This document shows, piece by piece, positions 1 through 13,733 of a stretch of DNA of 64,000 bases; position 1 is the stretch's first letter, and every line of letters begins with the position of its first letter. Where the stretch lies: positions 3,382,627 to 3,446,626 of the forward strand of contig MU004230.1 in the NCBI GenBank assembly GCA_010405405.1. Reading direction: 5' to 3'. The stretch comes from Microthyrium microscopicum. Its lineage: Eukaryota. Under the pieces are notes generated by a model. That model was not told the DNA's origin. It searched no databases and was given only the letters and a program-made list of their open reading frames with translations. A program made the translations under genes and the position numbers.

Positions 1-6
1 GGACGA

Positions 7-3000
7 ATGGATCTGAGAGTCCTCGGAGCTGATACCATGGCACAAGATCTGGTCAATTTTTTTAATGAACATAAACCAGACAATAGTCCGATACGGACCC
101 AGAATATCCCTCCAGCATTTCAGTGCATTGCTGCCATTCTTGTGGCTGAAAAGGTTGTTGACTATATCGTCAGTGTATCCTCTCACCCTCAGATTGTCTC
201 GCGATCCAATAACATAATCGGGTTCCTTGTTGTAACCAACAATTTTACCAAAGAGAAATCGGACCTCATTTGGAACACTCTCGTCACCAGCAAGGATCCT
301 CGAATGACTGTCACACTAATGGTAGCGCTCTGCAACGTCGTCAAGCAGCTTGCCAACGATGAGGAGACTTTGTATCTTTGTAAAAAGATGCTAGATCAGC
401 CCATCCCGGTCATTGGTGTACCAGAGGCATCCCATCTAATCGCACAAACCATTGATCATGGCAGAAACACGGCAAATGACTCTGATTCTGACAGTGAAGC
501 TCGACTGACACTGATGTTGTTGGCCATCAGCTTGATGCGCCAGTGTGCTCAATATACCATGCCCAATGGCCCAATAATCCAAATCCAAGATGCCGCTTTT
601 GTGGTATTGAGAGGTCTCGCTGGCTCATCGTCGCCTGGAATACGACAACAGGTGTACAAGGAGTGTGTTGCTCAGTTTTGCGATCCGAGCAAGGAAGCCA
701 CATCTATGCAAGCAATCTCTACAATCCTAAAGCTCAACGACGAAGACCTCGAATATGTCACTCAAGATCTTCAAGTAACACAGCTTGCAATGGACTCTTT
801 TTCCAGACAAGTTGGAGAATGGAAAAGCTCATTGAACACTTTCCACGAGGCCAACATTCAGGACCAACTTGAGCGCCGTCTAGAATTGATACTTCACTTG
901 TTCATCCTCAAGCCGGATTCTGTATCACCTACTGTGATTGACAGGTTTTGGGATAGTCTAGTGGGAAAAGATGCTGTCAGCGCCCCAGCTCGAGATTTTG
1001 CTTGGCGATGTCTGGAGAATACAGTCTTTCGGATGCCGCAATCAACAAAGTCTAATTTCTTGGATCTTTTGTACGAAAAATACATTCCTCGGGTCGAGCC
1101 CACATTTTACGTCAGTTCGTTTCTCAACTTTGCAGAGAAGATCGCCCTGTACAAGTTGAAGGCATTTGAGGCGGATGTCAGCGAGTTCACCCAAGTCCTT
1201 ACTTTGCCAGGGATCCAAATGATTTGGCAGATCATATTACAAACACCAGAACACGTTGGCCTTGAGAAGGCAATAAGATGTCTGACCGTGTTCCTCTTGG
1301 ACAAGCAACATATAGAGCACATCTCGGGTCGAAGTTTGGACGAAAACTATACTTTGCTCATAGCTCAATGCATCGAAACGATGAGAAATGCGTATCTAAG
1401 CACTCGAAAACAGCAGAAAGACAATGAGAAAATACGAGACAGTATGGACATTGCCGTCTCTGATGTACAGAATGCAAAGCACGATCCTTTGGAGTTGCCA
1501 AACCAAGGAATAACGACCTTCGTCCGAACTGCCAGTTTCTTGACGAGTCTGCTCAACTTCATACGCAACCAGCCAGACCTTTGTTCTCCTCCAAACGTTA
1601 GGCCTACCATTACGCCTACCAAAGAAGACGTGCACGAAGTAGAGTCTCCAAAAAATGCCCACCTAGCGACTAGCGAGGTTCTGCCTCAGACGGATCTGAA
1701 AATTGCGTATGAAGTACACAAAGAGAAAGGCGACTTGATGAACCAGTGGCTCATTGTTCGCGATCTTCTCACATGCAAAGAACTACACCAGTTCGTTACT
1801 AGAGTGTCTGGCCTACAGAACTTTCGACTCATCTGGGGTGGGAGAAGAGTTTCGTTGATGGAGACTCCCATGCTATCGCTACGCGATTTTGGGGCTTCAC
1901 TCAAAGGACGGATGCTGATTTTGGAAGATCGCTCTACCAACAGCAGTACCAGTTATGTCCCCGATTCTTTGCCGCAAGCCAACAGCCATTTTGAGAGAGA
2001 ACTGATGAAACATTTCGAGACTCTCTATAGTTTTATGGATTCAGACGATCAGATTAGTCGATGCACTCTGCAGTTTTTGAAAAACTTCCAATCTCACCCA
2101 TCGATCTGCGCCCTCATTATCGATGAGTCCAGTGAGTTTGCATCGGTCTTTCCTGTCGACCAGCCTTGCAAGCAGTTGTATTCTCTTGGATGCCTTTCGG
2201 CGCTGTTGTCGGAAAAGGTTCAATCAAAAAGTCTGGAAATGGGCTTTGTCCATCGCGGAATCCATTTGCTGGAGTGGGTAATTTCCAACCCGCCCAGCAA
2301 TGACATACATCAGCACCATTCCTTACGAGTTGCTGAAGCGGCTATACCGGTAATTTCACAATTCTTGAAGCGCCTTACCTTTACCGATGAGGCCGTTCTC
2401 CAAGATCCGAAGAATTTCATTGCTCGCCTCGTCAACATTCTTGAGCTGGCTCAGCATCATGTCGACGCGGTTGTCTTTGTTGGAGAGATATATGAACTAC
2501 TCTTCGATATTGCGACACAGTGTCTTGGTGCCTGGGAAGTAATTTCTACATCTGTCGCATTTCGGGACCTGCATCTGGACTTGCTACTCTGCCATGCCAA
2601 TACCAATGTCATCACCACAATAATTCTCACCATCCAAAACAAGATTTATCGCCTTTCTCCAGAGACGCATGTTTCCCGCGAGGATCTAACACAGTTCTAC
2701 TGGTCGGTATGCTCAGAATTGTTTGAGAAAACGGTTGAGCACCCTTCACATTCGAGCGCTCTCTATGCACTCAGCCTCGAGTTATTCCAGTTTCGATATC
2801 AGTCAGATGATCTCACCGATGCGGAGTTGGAGCAGATAGCCTCTTACTTCAACCTGTGGTCCTCCATGTTACTGCAGTATGAACCCAGAGAGTTTATTGG
2901 CCGAGAAACTGCACACCCAATCATTGCTGGACTCTGCAACCTACTTAAACGTTGCGAGTTTGTGCTGCATCGCATGCCTGGCATTGAACCTGATCAAGTG

Positions 3001-6000
3001 CTTCAATTAGCTGCAAAGGTTTGGGAAAAGTTTCTGTTTCCTCCTTGCAGTGGTGAGCCTGGCTACAATGAAGCTGAGCCTACGTTTCCCATATTCGATG
3101 CCAACTCCCGAGAAAGACTATACGAGCTGGTTTATACCATCACTGCTACTTTCAACCACGATGCCTTCCGCACCGTTGCCGATTGGGTGACCAACATTGG
3201 CGGAGGCTCCGACATTAATCACAGATTTGTTGTGGACCGGCTTAGACTTATACGCTGCCCGTCTGGCTATCTTGGCCTCAAGAACCTGTCCAACACTTGC
3301 TACATAAATTCTCTGCTAACACAACTGTACATGCATCCTGGTTTCCGCGCTTTCATGGTAAGCCAACAATCGAATTACGACCCAGATGGACTTTTGAATG
3401 CCACTCGAGAACTTTTCTGCTCTCTACAGAACAGTTTCGAGCAGTATGGTGATCCTTCTCAATTAGTCCGGAAAATTCGAACATACACCGGCGAATCTAT
3501 TAATGTGTATGAGCAAATGGATGTCGAGGAGTTCTTTAACCTCCTATTTGAGCAATGGGAAAATCAAATGCCAACGCATGAAGCGAAACAAACTTTCCGA
3601 TCGTTCTACGGCGGGAAAATTGTCTATCAAATCAAGTCCTTGGAATGTGAGCATGTATCTGAACGAGAGGAACCATGTCTCAACATTCAATGTGACGTCC
3701 AGGGCATTGCGAATCTCAACGAGAGCCTGTTGGCTTACATTCAAGGCGACGCCATGCAAGGAGATAACAAATATAAATGCGAAAAGTGTGGAGGCAAATT
3801 GGTCGATGCTGTGCGGCGAACATGCCTCAAAGAAGTACCAGACAATTTGATTCTGCATCTCAAACGTTTTGAATACGACCTTAGCCTGCAGCGTCGCAAC
3901 AAGATCAACGACTCATTTGCTTTCCCCATGGAATTGAATATGGCTCCTTACACATTCTCTCACCTTTCCGAGCCCGAAAAACCAATAGAAGAAGACAAGT
4001 TCGAATTGGTAGGCGTCCTCGTACACAAAGGGCACGCCGAGCATGGCCATTACATATCCTACATCCGCGCTCGGCCAGAAATGGACGGAAACAAGCCTTT
4101 ATGGTTACTTTTTGACGATTCTGATGTGACTGAGATCGATGTTAACGATATCCCTGATCTTTGTTTTGGTGGCTTTGGCGGTGAGAAAAACTCATATTCC
4201 GGCTTCACCTCCACTGCAAAGTCATACAGCGCGTACATGCTGTTCTATCAACGTTCTTCATCGATGAAAGGGTCTGTTGGTGATCTGCAACTTGGTTCTC
4301 CTGTTGTCTCTCAAGCCACGATCCCTACGGACCTCAATGACAAAATCCAGGAGGACAATAGCTGGCGACTGCGCCTTTACTCTCTATTTGGGATCCCACA
4401 TTTCAGATTTGTCCGTCAGCTTGTCACACGCTTACATGAATTGGACCACGAAGACCCCAAGCACAAGGTACAGGAGGCTGTTATATCTGCAGTTTGGCAC
4501 ACGATATGGCGGGTGCACAGCCGCATCCGGGATTCTGCTAGCTACGACGAGTTGAGCTTTCAAGTGCGTTCAGCCATGGCCAAGTGTCAGACCTGTACAA
4601 TTCTCACTCTTCGCTGGTTTATTCACAACCCCGAGAAATTAAGGGATCTCATTTCGCGGACGACCCTCCCAAAAGTACGACACCGCCTTCAAGAGACCAT
4701 TATAGATGCGCTTCAGTCTTTGCGTGAAACTTCGGGTTTCTATGGAGTAGACGTCAATACCCTGGATCTCACGGTGGTACCAAATAACTCGTCCTCGGTA
4801 ATATGGCCGTTGTTCAAGTCGCTTGAGTGGATCGCCCGAAATGAACTCGGGTACGGTATTAGAGCTTGGGATGAGTTCTTCAATTTCCTAATCGACATTG
4901 CCTTCATAGGACGAGCTGAAGCCTTGTGTCTGATTGCAAGCGACTTCCTGTGCATTTGCTTGGAATACCTCAATCTTATTTGGGTTGTCAATCGAGATTC
5001 ACACCATCCCTACTACAAAGTTTGCCAGCTCTTGGAGAAAAAGGCTCCTGGTTTAAACAATATTGGAATTCTACTCAGTCAGTTGTTGAGACATACCGAT
5101 CTCAGGAGCATTTACGAGGAGCAATCCGGAAAGCACCGATATGAGAGCCTTGACAAGAACTCAATGAAGCTTCCATTGTCCCAGAAAGAAAGCCAATTGC
5201 TTCGACACCGAGATAAGGAGGGCCTGGTGGCCATCAACAAGTTGTTTGAAAAATGGGAACTTTCTCAAGAAACCGAAGCTCATGGATTTGTCCTCAAAGA
5301 CATTATCGCAGAGCTTACTCGAGCTGAACTGGATCTCAACATAGGAGTGGTACTGCGACAGACAATGTCTGAAGGTATTGAATGTTATACGCCTCCCACT
5401 GCGGAGACATTCATCCGAGCAGCTCCTGAGTTTTGCAAAGAATGTCCTACAGGTGCAGAGGCCAGCGCTATCATCAAGTCGGTCAGCAAGACTATTACCG
5501 GGAACGAGATATTCGACGGCAAGATCATCTTTGGCTTCTACGAGGAGATGCGTCAATGCATCCATCCAAGCGTTGAGCCACTTGAGCCTGGACTTGGAAG
5601 CTTTCACCATCACGTCCTCTTTGCCACTCGATCATTTGCGCCAATCTTGTTGACGTCCTCGGACAACTATGTACGCTTCCAGACCATACATATGCTTCAG
5701 GACATGCTTTTCATGCACCCGCCCATGGCGGACCTTTCGGCTGACGGTCCAACTGAGATGGAAAAGCTGCGAACCAGACACGTTCGACCACTGTTCAAGG
5801 TGTGTCGCAAAAAGGCCGCTGATCTGTTGGAGCTTGAAACCACCAAGCAGCATCTACAGTCATTGATGACTGTACTGCAGTCTTGTGTGCAATATCTCGA
5901 AATGTTGGTCGGCTTGGGCTCTTATGCAGATTCCCTCAAATCCGACGAAGACCAGGGTTTCTTCGACAGCTATCAAAGTGGGTTTGGCAACATTTTATCT

Positions 6001-6195
6001 ATTTGAGAGCTCTTACTAATACAATCGATAGCGCTGGAACAAGGCTTTCAGGCGGCGCCGGCAGTGGCGGAAGAAGAGCTGGTTCATTCCGGTAATTCGA
6101 CTGTTCCGCTTCATCTGGGAGACACTGACACTCTTGAAGCTCTCTCCACTGATTTTTCAGATGACGATGATGAATTGCCAATGTCTACCACGTAG
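7..6195 (+). CDS. Large ubiquitin carboxyl-terminal hydrolase (USP34/USP24/USP9-like, peptidase C19); probably 5'-truncated by the window edge
   Basis: Cys box GLKNLSNTCYINSLLTQL and His box GVLVHKGHAEHGHYISY in the 1999-aa ORF. Intron 5978..6031 (GTGGGT...TACTAAT...TAG) extends the frame to TAG 6193-6195. An optional in-frame 48-nt intron may lie at 6092..6139. Confidence 0.9.
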
Positions 6196-6661
6196 GACGA
6201 CGAATTGGGCTTAGCATTACCACGGAGTTCGACCAGTTCTTCATCATCGCCCAACTCAGACTTTGAAGAGGGAATGTATGAGTGGTTTTTAAAGAAACCA
6301 TAACCTTTTGTATCATTGTAGGGCTGTTGGAATGTTTTATTGCTAATGGGTCCGGCGCTATCATAGCATGGCGCTAGGGATTAATGTATCAGTATGAATT
6401 GATTGATATTGATGTTTTGTCTGTCTTTTACCAACTGTTGCGGTACTTGGTTTGTCTGTTATGCATTTCCTTTCTTCAGATTTTCATGTATGGTGTAAGG
6501 CGCGGTTCGCTGATCCAGAAACTAGTCGAATCTGGAAACAGGAACAGGGAAATTCCACTGCTCTGATACAAAGTCTGTCAAAAAAAGTCTCTATATTTAC
6601 CTTATTGCAAAAGAATATCTAAACCACCAAAACATTGCTATCCCCACTCCCTCTCTTCTCT

Positions 6662-7485
6662 TTACAACGCACCCAACTCCTTCAATTTCGCAATCATCCC
6701 ATCAACATCCTCAACCTTAACACCCCCCTTACGCGGCGGCGGCTCCTCCACCTTCACATTCCTCATCCGCGGCGCCAACTCCAGCCCCAGATCCGCCAAA
6801 TTCGTCTTCTTCAACGGTTTCTTCTTCGCCTTCATAATATTCGGCAGCGTCGCATACCGCGGCTCATTCAGTCTCAAATCCGTCGTCAACACCATCGGCA
6901 CCTTTGCCTTGAGCGTCTCATTCCCCCCATCCACCTCCCGCGTCACCTCCGCCGTCTCCCCATCCACAAACTTCACCGCCGCTATCTGCGTCACCTGCGC
7001 CCAGCCCAACAACCCCGCCAACATCGGACCTGTTTGCGCAGAATCATCGCTGATCGTCTGTTTTCCGCATAACACTACATTACTGCCTTCCTCTTTCACG
7101 ATGTGTGCGAGTACTTTGGCGACACTTAGTGGTTCGAGGTCGACGTCTTCGGCGGTTAGGATGTGGATTGCGTTGTCGGCGCCCATTGCGAGCGCTGTGC
7201 GGAGCGAGTCGGCGGCTTTGGCGGGGCCGAGTGATATGGCGGTTATGGAGGCTATGGCGGCGGGGGAGGTCTTTTTGGTGTGGCGGTCGCGCAGGCGGAC
7301 GGCTTCTTCGATGGCGATTTCGTCGAAGGGGTTTAGGGATTGTTTTTGGCCGGTTAGGTCGATTTTGTTGGATTTGATTCGCGGTTTTAGCTGCGTTTGT
7401 TAGTTGTGTATGGGAAGGGGGTGGGGGTGGGTACGGCGTAGTCGAGGACTCGTTTTACGGGGACGAGGATTTTGAGACCGGACAT
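6662..7485 (-). CDS. ETFB: Electron transfer flavoprotein beta subunit
   Basis: MSGLKILVPVKRVLDYA start; GKQTISDD and DLRLNEPRYATLPNIMKAKKKPL signature; intron 7391..7434. Confidence 0.95.
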
Positions 7486-8443
7486 TTTGGGGGAGTGTGT
7501 GGGTGAGACTGTAGAGGGGAAGGGGAGGGTAATTGAGTTGATATGGGGTGGTGGTGAGTTTGGCGAGAGGATGAAGTTGAAGAGTTTGGTGGTTTTGGGC
7601 GATGCGGTTGTCGACGGCAATGACATCGTGGGCTCGGCAAAAGTTCCCCGCGAGTATGAGGGTCATGATTTTTATATCGCGACAATCAACTGCTAAACAG
7701 CATTACAATTGTGTATATCTTATCTCAAGATTTTCACGACACTGAGGACTGGACAGATTATTGCTTCTAGTTATGACATTCCGCTTCATGCTACTTCCTA
7801 CATTCAACGGCCCCTAGTATACAGATCGCGGCTAATACCTGACATGTGCAAGCAATATTGGACAGAAACATTGCTCCTACCAGCACCTTTACAGCCTTTG
7901 AGTGATACTAGGTATTACTAGTACAATTCAGCCAATGTCTTTTCCCCATTCCGCAAAATCTTCTCCCAAAACTCCCATTCCCCAGCCCTGCAGTTCCTCC
8001 AACACCGTGATGCAAAATAGTGTAGATTGTTCCAACACAGCGCCAAACCGTGCCGTTCGGAGGTGATGTTTGTTGTAATTAGAATTGATGTCCAGCCACC
8101 CAGTGACCATATAGTCCAGAAAGTAAACGAGCAAGACCAAATTTCGGACGCCCCAGATCGCAAAGAAGAAGAAAAGAATAAGACAGGAATGAAAAGAGAT
8201 TTGGATGAAAATCCAGTATTAGTTTTCGAAAGCGTCAGTTTGCGTTTCCAGATAACAAAAGCGAAACGCAAATAAATGATAACAGTAAAAACGGTGTTTG
8301 ACGTCAAAAAAACTACAAGGAGTATACACTGGCTCAAGTAATTCACAGCGAAGCGAAAAAAAGAAGAAGGCGGAAACGTTTTCGCCAAAGACGGGCAGCA
8401 ACAAGTTATGACTGAATCCGTGTTTTCAGAATTGTGTGTGTGA

Positions 8444-10867
8444 TCATTGGACTTCTTCTGCCCAGCCGTTTAGTCCGGCTTCTCCAATGGCGAATCCGAG
8501 GCCTGCTGGTCCGCCGTTGGCGTAGATGCCGTTGCCGAGTCCTTGGACGGGAAGTTGCATCTGGGGACCGGGGGCTTGGGTGAAGACGGGTAGAGACACT
8601 GCGCGGGCGTGTTGCGCGCGCTGGGCGGCGGTGCTGGGTGCTAGGAGGCCGCCGATTGTGGTGGCGCCGTTCATGCCGTTGGTGTTGCTTGACCCGTTGA
8701 TGGAGATGCCGCTTTGCGAGGAGGCGGATTGGTGCGAGAAGGAGTGGCTTGGTGCGTGGAGCGTTGGCATTGGTTGTGGTGATGCGCTGGTTGCTGCGTA
8801 GAAGGCTGCTTGGGCTTGTGCGGATGTAAAGGGCTGGGCGGAGTGGTCTTGTTGTGGGATGGCCTGTTGTTGGTGCTGTTGGTGGAGATACATCATGAGC
8901 GGGTTACCGTTGCCGTTTGTCAACATTCCTTGCTGTTGCTGCTGGTGTTGCTGAGACATGCCGTTTTGGGGCGGCGAGGTTTGGCGGTGGATGCCGTTGC
9001 CTTGGGTTATCTGGGGTTGCATGCCATCTTGGGGAGTCTGGGCTTGGGATTGAGCGTGCTGGGACATTTGGCGAGGTGGGTTGCCGCAGCGGTCTTTTCC
9101 AAAGTTGATCTTGAAGCGCTTATACTCGTCCTTTTGACGAACGGCTTCAATCGCCTTGATGGCGTTGGCGATATTGGTGAAGTTGACGAATGCACAGCTC
9201 TTTTCACGGAGTGTGTTGACTAGCTCAATCTCGCCGTATTCTGAAAAGTCTTGTCGAAGACGTTCTTCGGTCCAGGACTCGTCCAGATTGCCAATGTAAA
9301 CGTTGCGTGACGCACCACCGCTGACGGCGAGTGCAATAGCAGCAGGTAGAGCTCCAGAGTGCTTGCCCCAGCCAATCTTTAGACGTCGGTTGTGAATCAT
9401 GAGACCTTGGAGATTGCTCATTGCGTAGAAGGATGCGGCTGAAGTTGGATCAATGAACGTTACGAAGCAAATGTGCTTGTCTGGAATATAGCGAATGTGA
9501 TGCAGCAATCCTCCGCGTACAACATTGCAAATCTCCTCGATGGTAGTTTCCGGGTGAATGTTACCAAGATACACTGTTCGGTTTCCCAAATTGTTGTATC
9601 CTCCAGCAGCAGTCGCAACAGCAGCAGCAGCTACAGACTGTTGTGCGAGTGCATTAGAGATGACCTCTCGATCAGCTCCATTAAGCACATGAGCATAGCC
9701 AGGAGCAATGCCTAGGTACTGTGCAGCATTCTGCTGCTGAGTCTTGGAAACGTAGGCACATCGATCCTTGCCGTAGTAAACCCGTTTTGGTGAGCCCCAT
9801 TTCGGTTCCTGAGGAAGTTGTTGAACAGCCTTGACCGCATTGCCAATAGAGAGGAAATGCACGAAACCAATCGACTTTTCCCGAACTAGCTTGACAGTAT
9901 CAATGGGACCGAACTTGCCCAGGTCCTCACGAATCTCCTCCTCCGTAACGTCCTCCGCCAAGCTTCCCAAATATACATTTCGAGACGCCTGCGACTGCTG
10001 AACAGCAATTGCCACGGAAGTTGGGACGGGAGATGGTTTGCCCCAGCCAATCTTGATGTCCTGGCCCTTGATTGAAAGCTTCTTCAAAATAGCATCTGAA
10101 TGGAAATGTGTGGCAGAACTGCTGTCTAGGAACGAAATGAAGGCGCAGTTCTTGTCTGGCAAAAGACGGACAGACTCAATCTGTCCGCTACGAACGTGGT
10201 TGAGAATCTCTTCGGCAGAGGTCTCAGGGGGTATGTTGCCGAGATACACAGTCCTGCTTGTACCCGAAATCATACTAGGCATCATTTGCCCGGCCATTGC
10301 CATATTTTGACCATTATACGCTGCATATGCTGTCGAGGGAGATTGTGGGTTGCCCATGTATGGCTGGGCGTTCATGCCGTTGGGCGAAGTCATGCTCTGG
10401 AACACATTTGGGGATAAGGCAGTGGCATGTGCTTGTACGGGGCTCGCCATGTGGTTCTGGCCATTAGCTTGGTGACCATTAGCGTTTGCGAATGTAGCAA
10501 AGCTCTGGAATTGTGGTGACGCAAAAGCATTAGGAGAACCAGGCTGAAAGGGGCTACCAAGGAGCAACTGGGAAGGAAGCAATGGCGTAAAGTTCATATC
10601 AAAGGCTGTTCCGGGTGTCTGCATATCAGCGATCTGCTGTTGCTGCTGCTGATTAAGTCTCGCTGTGTTGATGTTGGGAATGTTCTGTCGCTGTGGGTGG
10701 CGCTCAGAGTAGCCTCCAAGAGAGTTTTGATGCGAGTGAAAGGAGGTGTGATGATGGTACATGCCATGATCGCCATTCATGCCTCCATTCATGTTCGATT
10801 TGCTGTATGTGTGCGGCATTCGTCCACCCTGCGAAGCCATGGTTGGACCAGCATCTTGATGTTGCAT
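8444..10867 (-). CDS. Four-RRM RNA-binding protein, Nrd1/Msa2 (S. pombe) / Mrn1 (S. cerevisiae) family
   Basis: Four RRMs (SRTVYLGN, SRNVYLGS, NRTVYLGN, SRNVYIGN), with GWGK and GKDRC motifs and Q/N-rich termini. Confidence 0.9.
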   Translation of the reverse strand: MQHQDAGPTMASQGGRMPHTYSKSNMNGGMNGDHGMYHHHTSFHSHQNSLGGYSERHPQRQNIPNINTARLNQQQQQQIADMQTPGTAFDMNFTPLLPSQLLLGSPFQPGSPNAFASPQFQSFATFANANGHQANGQNHMASPVQAHATALSPNVFQSMTSPNGMNAQPYMGNPQSPSTAYAAYNGQNMAMAGQMMPSMISGTSRTVYLGNIPPETSAEEILNHVRSGQIESVRLLPDKNCAFISFLDSSSATHFHSDAILKKLSIKGQDIKIGWGKPSPVPTSVAIAVQQSQASRNVYLGSLAEDVTEEEIREDLGKFGPIDTVKLVREKSIGFVHFLSIGNAVKAVQQLPQEPKWGSPKRVYYGKDRCAYVSKTQQQNAAQYLGIAPGYAHVLNGADREVISNALAQQSVAAAAVATAAGGYNNLGNRTVYLGNIHPETTIEEICNVVRGGLLHHIRYIPDKHICFVTFIDPTSAASFYAMSNLQGLMIHNRRLKIGWGKHSGALPAAIALAVSGGASRNVYIGNLDESWTEERLRQDFSEYGEIELVNTLREKSCAFVNFTNIANAIKAIEAVRQKDEYKRFKINFGKDRCGNPPRQMSQHAQSQAQTPQDGMQPQITQGNGIHRQTSPPQNGMSQQHQQQQQGMLTNGNGNPLMMYLHQQHQQQAIPQQDHSAQPFTSAQAQAAFYAATSASPQPMPTLHAPSHSFSHQSASSQSGISINGSSNTNGMNGATTIGGLLAPSTAAQRAQHARAVSLPVFTQAPGPQMQLPVQGLGNGIYANGGPAGLGFAIGEAGLNGWAEEVQ

Positions 10868-13296
10868 AGCTAACAGATGCGGTGGGACAGCAGCGTCCCG
10901 GTACGTGGTCGAAAGGACAGCCGTTTTGATGGATTGAAACGTCCGGTGCCGAAAAGACCGGACTAAAGATTACAATAACGTTGTTTGGGAAAATAGAAGT
11001 GTTCGAGAGCGATTCGAGAATGGTTCTAGTAGGATGAAATTAGAGGCACATTCCAGAGCAAAGAATGCTAAGAGTTGGCCAGGCTTCGCACCTTGAGAAG
11101 ATGATGATATGTTCGAGCGTAGGATATGGCGAAAAGGTAATTGTATGATTCGATAGTTCAGTAGAATAGATGGTCTGAAAATAGTGTGATGGTTCAAGGC
11201 GACAGCTACAAGTTTTGACCAAGCGCTCAGAAGAGTATAAGACAGAGTAGATGAAGGCAAGACTGAAGGTTAACGAAAGTCAAAGGAGCGACGATAGAAG
11301 CGAAGAAGAGGAGCACGGCGGAGAGTTGAAGAGATGGGAGAGAGCAAGAAAGAACAGCACAAGGAGTAGATGATGAGGTACTGAAAGAAGTAGAGGAGAG
11401 CAGTTTCTGAGTAGCCATGTAGGTACGACCGCATTGTCAGTACTTACCACTAGTACTCGGTGTAGGGGCTCTCCAGGCTCACTTTTGGCCTTTGGCTCTC
11501 ACACATGGACAAGGCTTGACCAGGCCTAGAGGCACAGGCGCATTTTGGCAGCGGTTGAGTGGACCAACAAGCGGCGAGAGCCAAAAAAGAACCACTACCC
11601 TTCCTCACCAACGCTGTCCACCGTAGGTCTGACAGAGGGTTGGAAATGAGGCCGTGCCAGAAGCAGTTAGGAGAAAACGCCCCAACCATCAGGGGCTGGT
11701 TGCACAGGCGTGTCTCCGTAGACGGGAGCTTGCCGACTTGTCTCTCGTTCTCAAATCAATTCAGAGCCATGCCCAAAAGGAGAAGACAGATTCTGGGGAT
11801 GGTGGCAATATTCTGACGATCCTAACTTTTCAGACACTGTAAAGACTGCAAGTGTTGGAGAACTTAAGAGATGCAGCAGATTACTGCACCTCGCCATAGC
11901 TATCCGGCGCATAGTGCAAACGCTGGCCGCATGAACAGCCCAGACTTGAGGATTCAAGATTAAGAAGTGCACCGCTGACCTGCAGGTTTCCAGAAGCAGG
12001 AGTTGGCTTCGATGCTATCTCGCTGCAGCAGATTATCTTCGTTTGCGGCGTCAGGCTGCTGGGGAGCTTTCGTCTTGTGCGTGTGCTCATTCTGTTCCTG
12101 ACTAGTGTTTCTTTTGGGACCAGTCCATGCTGGTGCCCGTGCTATTGACTCTGTTTAATTGGTGGGCTTGCTTGTAGTGGAGCTTTTTTTCTGTCCGACT
12201 GTTGAATCTGCAATTGACGTCTTTGCGTGACTCTGTCAGAGCAAAAGACGAGCATGGAATGATTGGACTTGTCCGCTCAACACCAAGGCTGAAGAATGAA
12301 CAATCGTCGCTATCTGGGTCGTCATACATTATCCTCTCACCACCACTCAGGCCCCAAAGCAGGAGAACGAGATTATCGAAACCTGGTTGCTTTTCCAGGG
12401 CGTTCGCTGCAAAGAACCCCAGCTAACCCGTCCGTCTTAGCCCGTCCAGACCAACGGAAACGGTGATTTGCAAGTTCAAAACCTCACGATGGAAAATAGT
12501 GCCCCATCAAACAACCAATCTACCGGCGCGCACCTAGCCGACAACGACCAGGGAGGGCCAGCAGATGAACCAAAGAGAAAGCCGAATATAACTCAAGGCA
12601 AACTCGATTTAGATCACAACCCAAATTGCAATTGCGTACGTCCCAGCGGATAATAGCCGTGCGAATTCTGGGGCAACGAGGGGGTGTTGGTTGGCTGTTC
12701 ATTATTTGCGATTTGGTAACAAAACCCTCCCTGGTTCGCGCAGAAATTCTGGATCCGTGTTCAATATGATCTACAGCGACGATTTTACAGAACAACTCTG
12801 TTCTGTTTGAAACTGCCGCGTCAATATTCTAGAAATGGTGTTAGTTTGTACCGTACTGGAGCCCCCCTCATTGGAGATATTTTGTCCCTGAAAAGCCCCA
12901 GTCATGCTTCTAATATCTTGGCATTTTGTCGTGCTTTCTGTAATTGAGGTGTTTTATATTCGGCCCTGTTGAAGTGGGAACGTATCCATAAATAAATTAG
13001 AGATTGGGATGTGGGCCTCGTGGATAGCGAAATGAAGAAATACCAGGTTGGTGGGGAGAGAGAGAGAAATAGGAGTTGTCAAATGGGCGGGTAAATAGGA
13101 GGATGACTAAGACATTCAATGCTTTCCTTCTTCAACTCATCATCATGCAACTACCGCTGGGTTCCTGGCCATCGTTTTCATCAGCCGCCAATTCTGTTTC
13201 ATTTGCTTCCTTGAGATCGTGCCGTGTTTAGAACACTGCCCGTCTGTTTCTGAACATTTGGTTTAGAGTTTCAGCTTCAGCTGCCAATCTGCAAAC

Positions 13297-13586
13297 ATGA
13301 AGCCCAGGATCCGGCCCATTGAGAAGTTTGCCGCTGCTGTTGCTCAATGCTCCAAAGAGGTATGTTTAATGATCTGGAAAAAGAAACAAGGCGAGCAATT
13401 ACTGACTTTATTTATTGCAGAGCGCCAATTACGGCAAGTGTATAGCCGCTGATTATAATAATGTCTCCAAAGACAAATGCGTCAATGAGTTTATGAAACT
13501 CCAACAATGTTACACCGTGGGTTATATCAATCTCTGATCTGGGATCAAGCTGACATGCGCTGTAGAATGCATACAAGAAAAGATAA
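13297..13586 (+). CDS. 59-aa twin CX9C protein, NDUFAF8-like complex I assembly factor; three exons, absent from the ORF track
   Basis: Exons 13297..13359, 13421..13516 and 13566..13586 with canonical introns give MKPRIRPIEKFAAAVAQCSKESANYGKCIAADYNNVSKDKCVNEFMKLQQCYTNAYKKR*, which has two C-x9-C motifs. Confidence 0.85.
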
Positions 13587-13733
13587 AAATAGCACTTTCT
13601 CAACATTTTGGCTTGGCCAGCAGAATTCCAACAACAGACAATCAGTCCCATCATCTGTATTGCTAGGTAATGCGAGCAAGTAACCGCCAGTGTTCTAGAT
13701 ATCATAGAGTATGTATCTTGAGCAGCATCAAGC

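Noticed and set aside
6635..7403. Long antisense ORFs over ETFB, and likewise over the MFS, RAT1 and ARO8 genes
   Set aside because: These are shadow frames caused by codon bias of the real genes.
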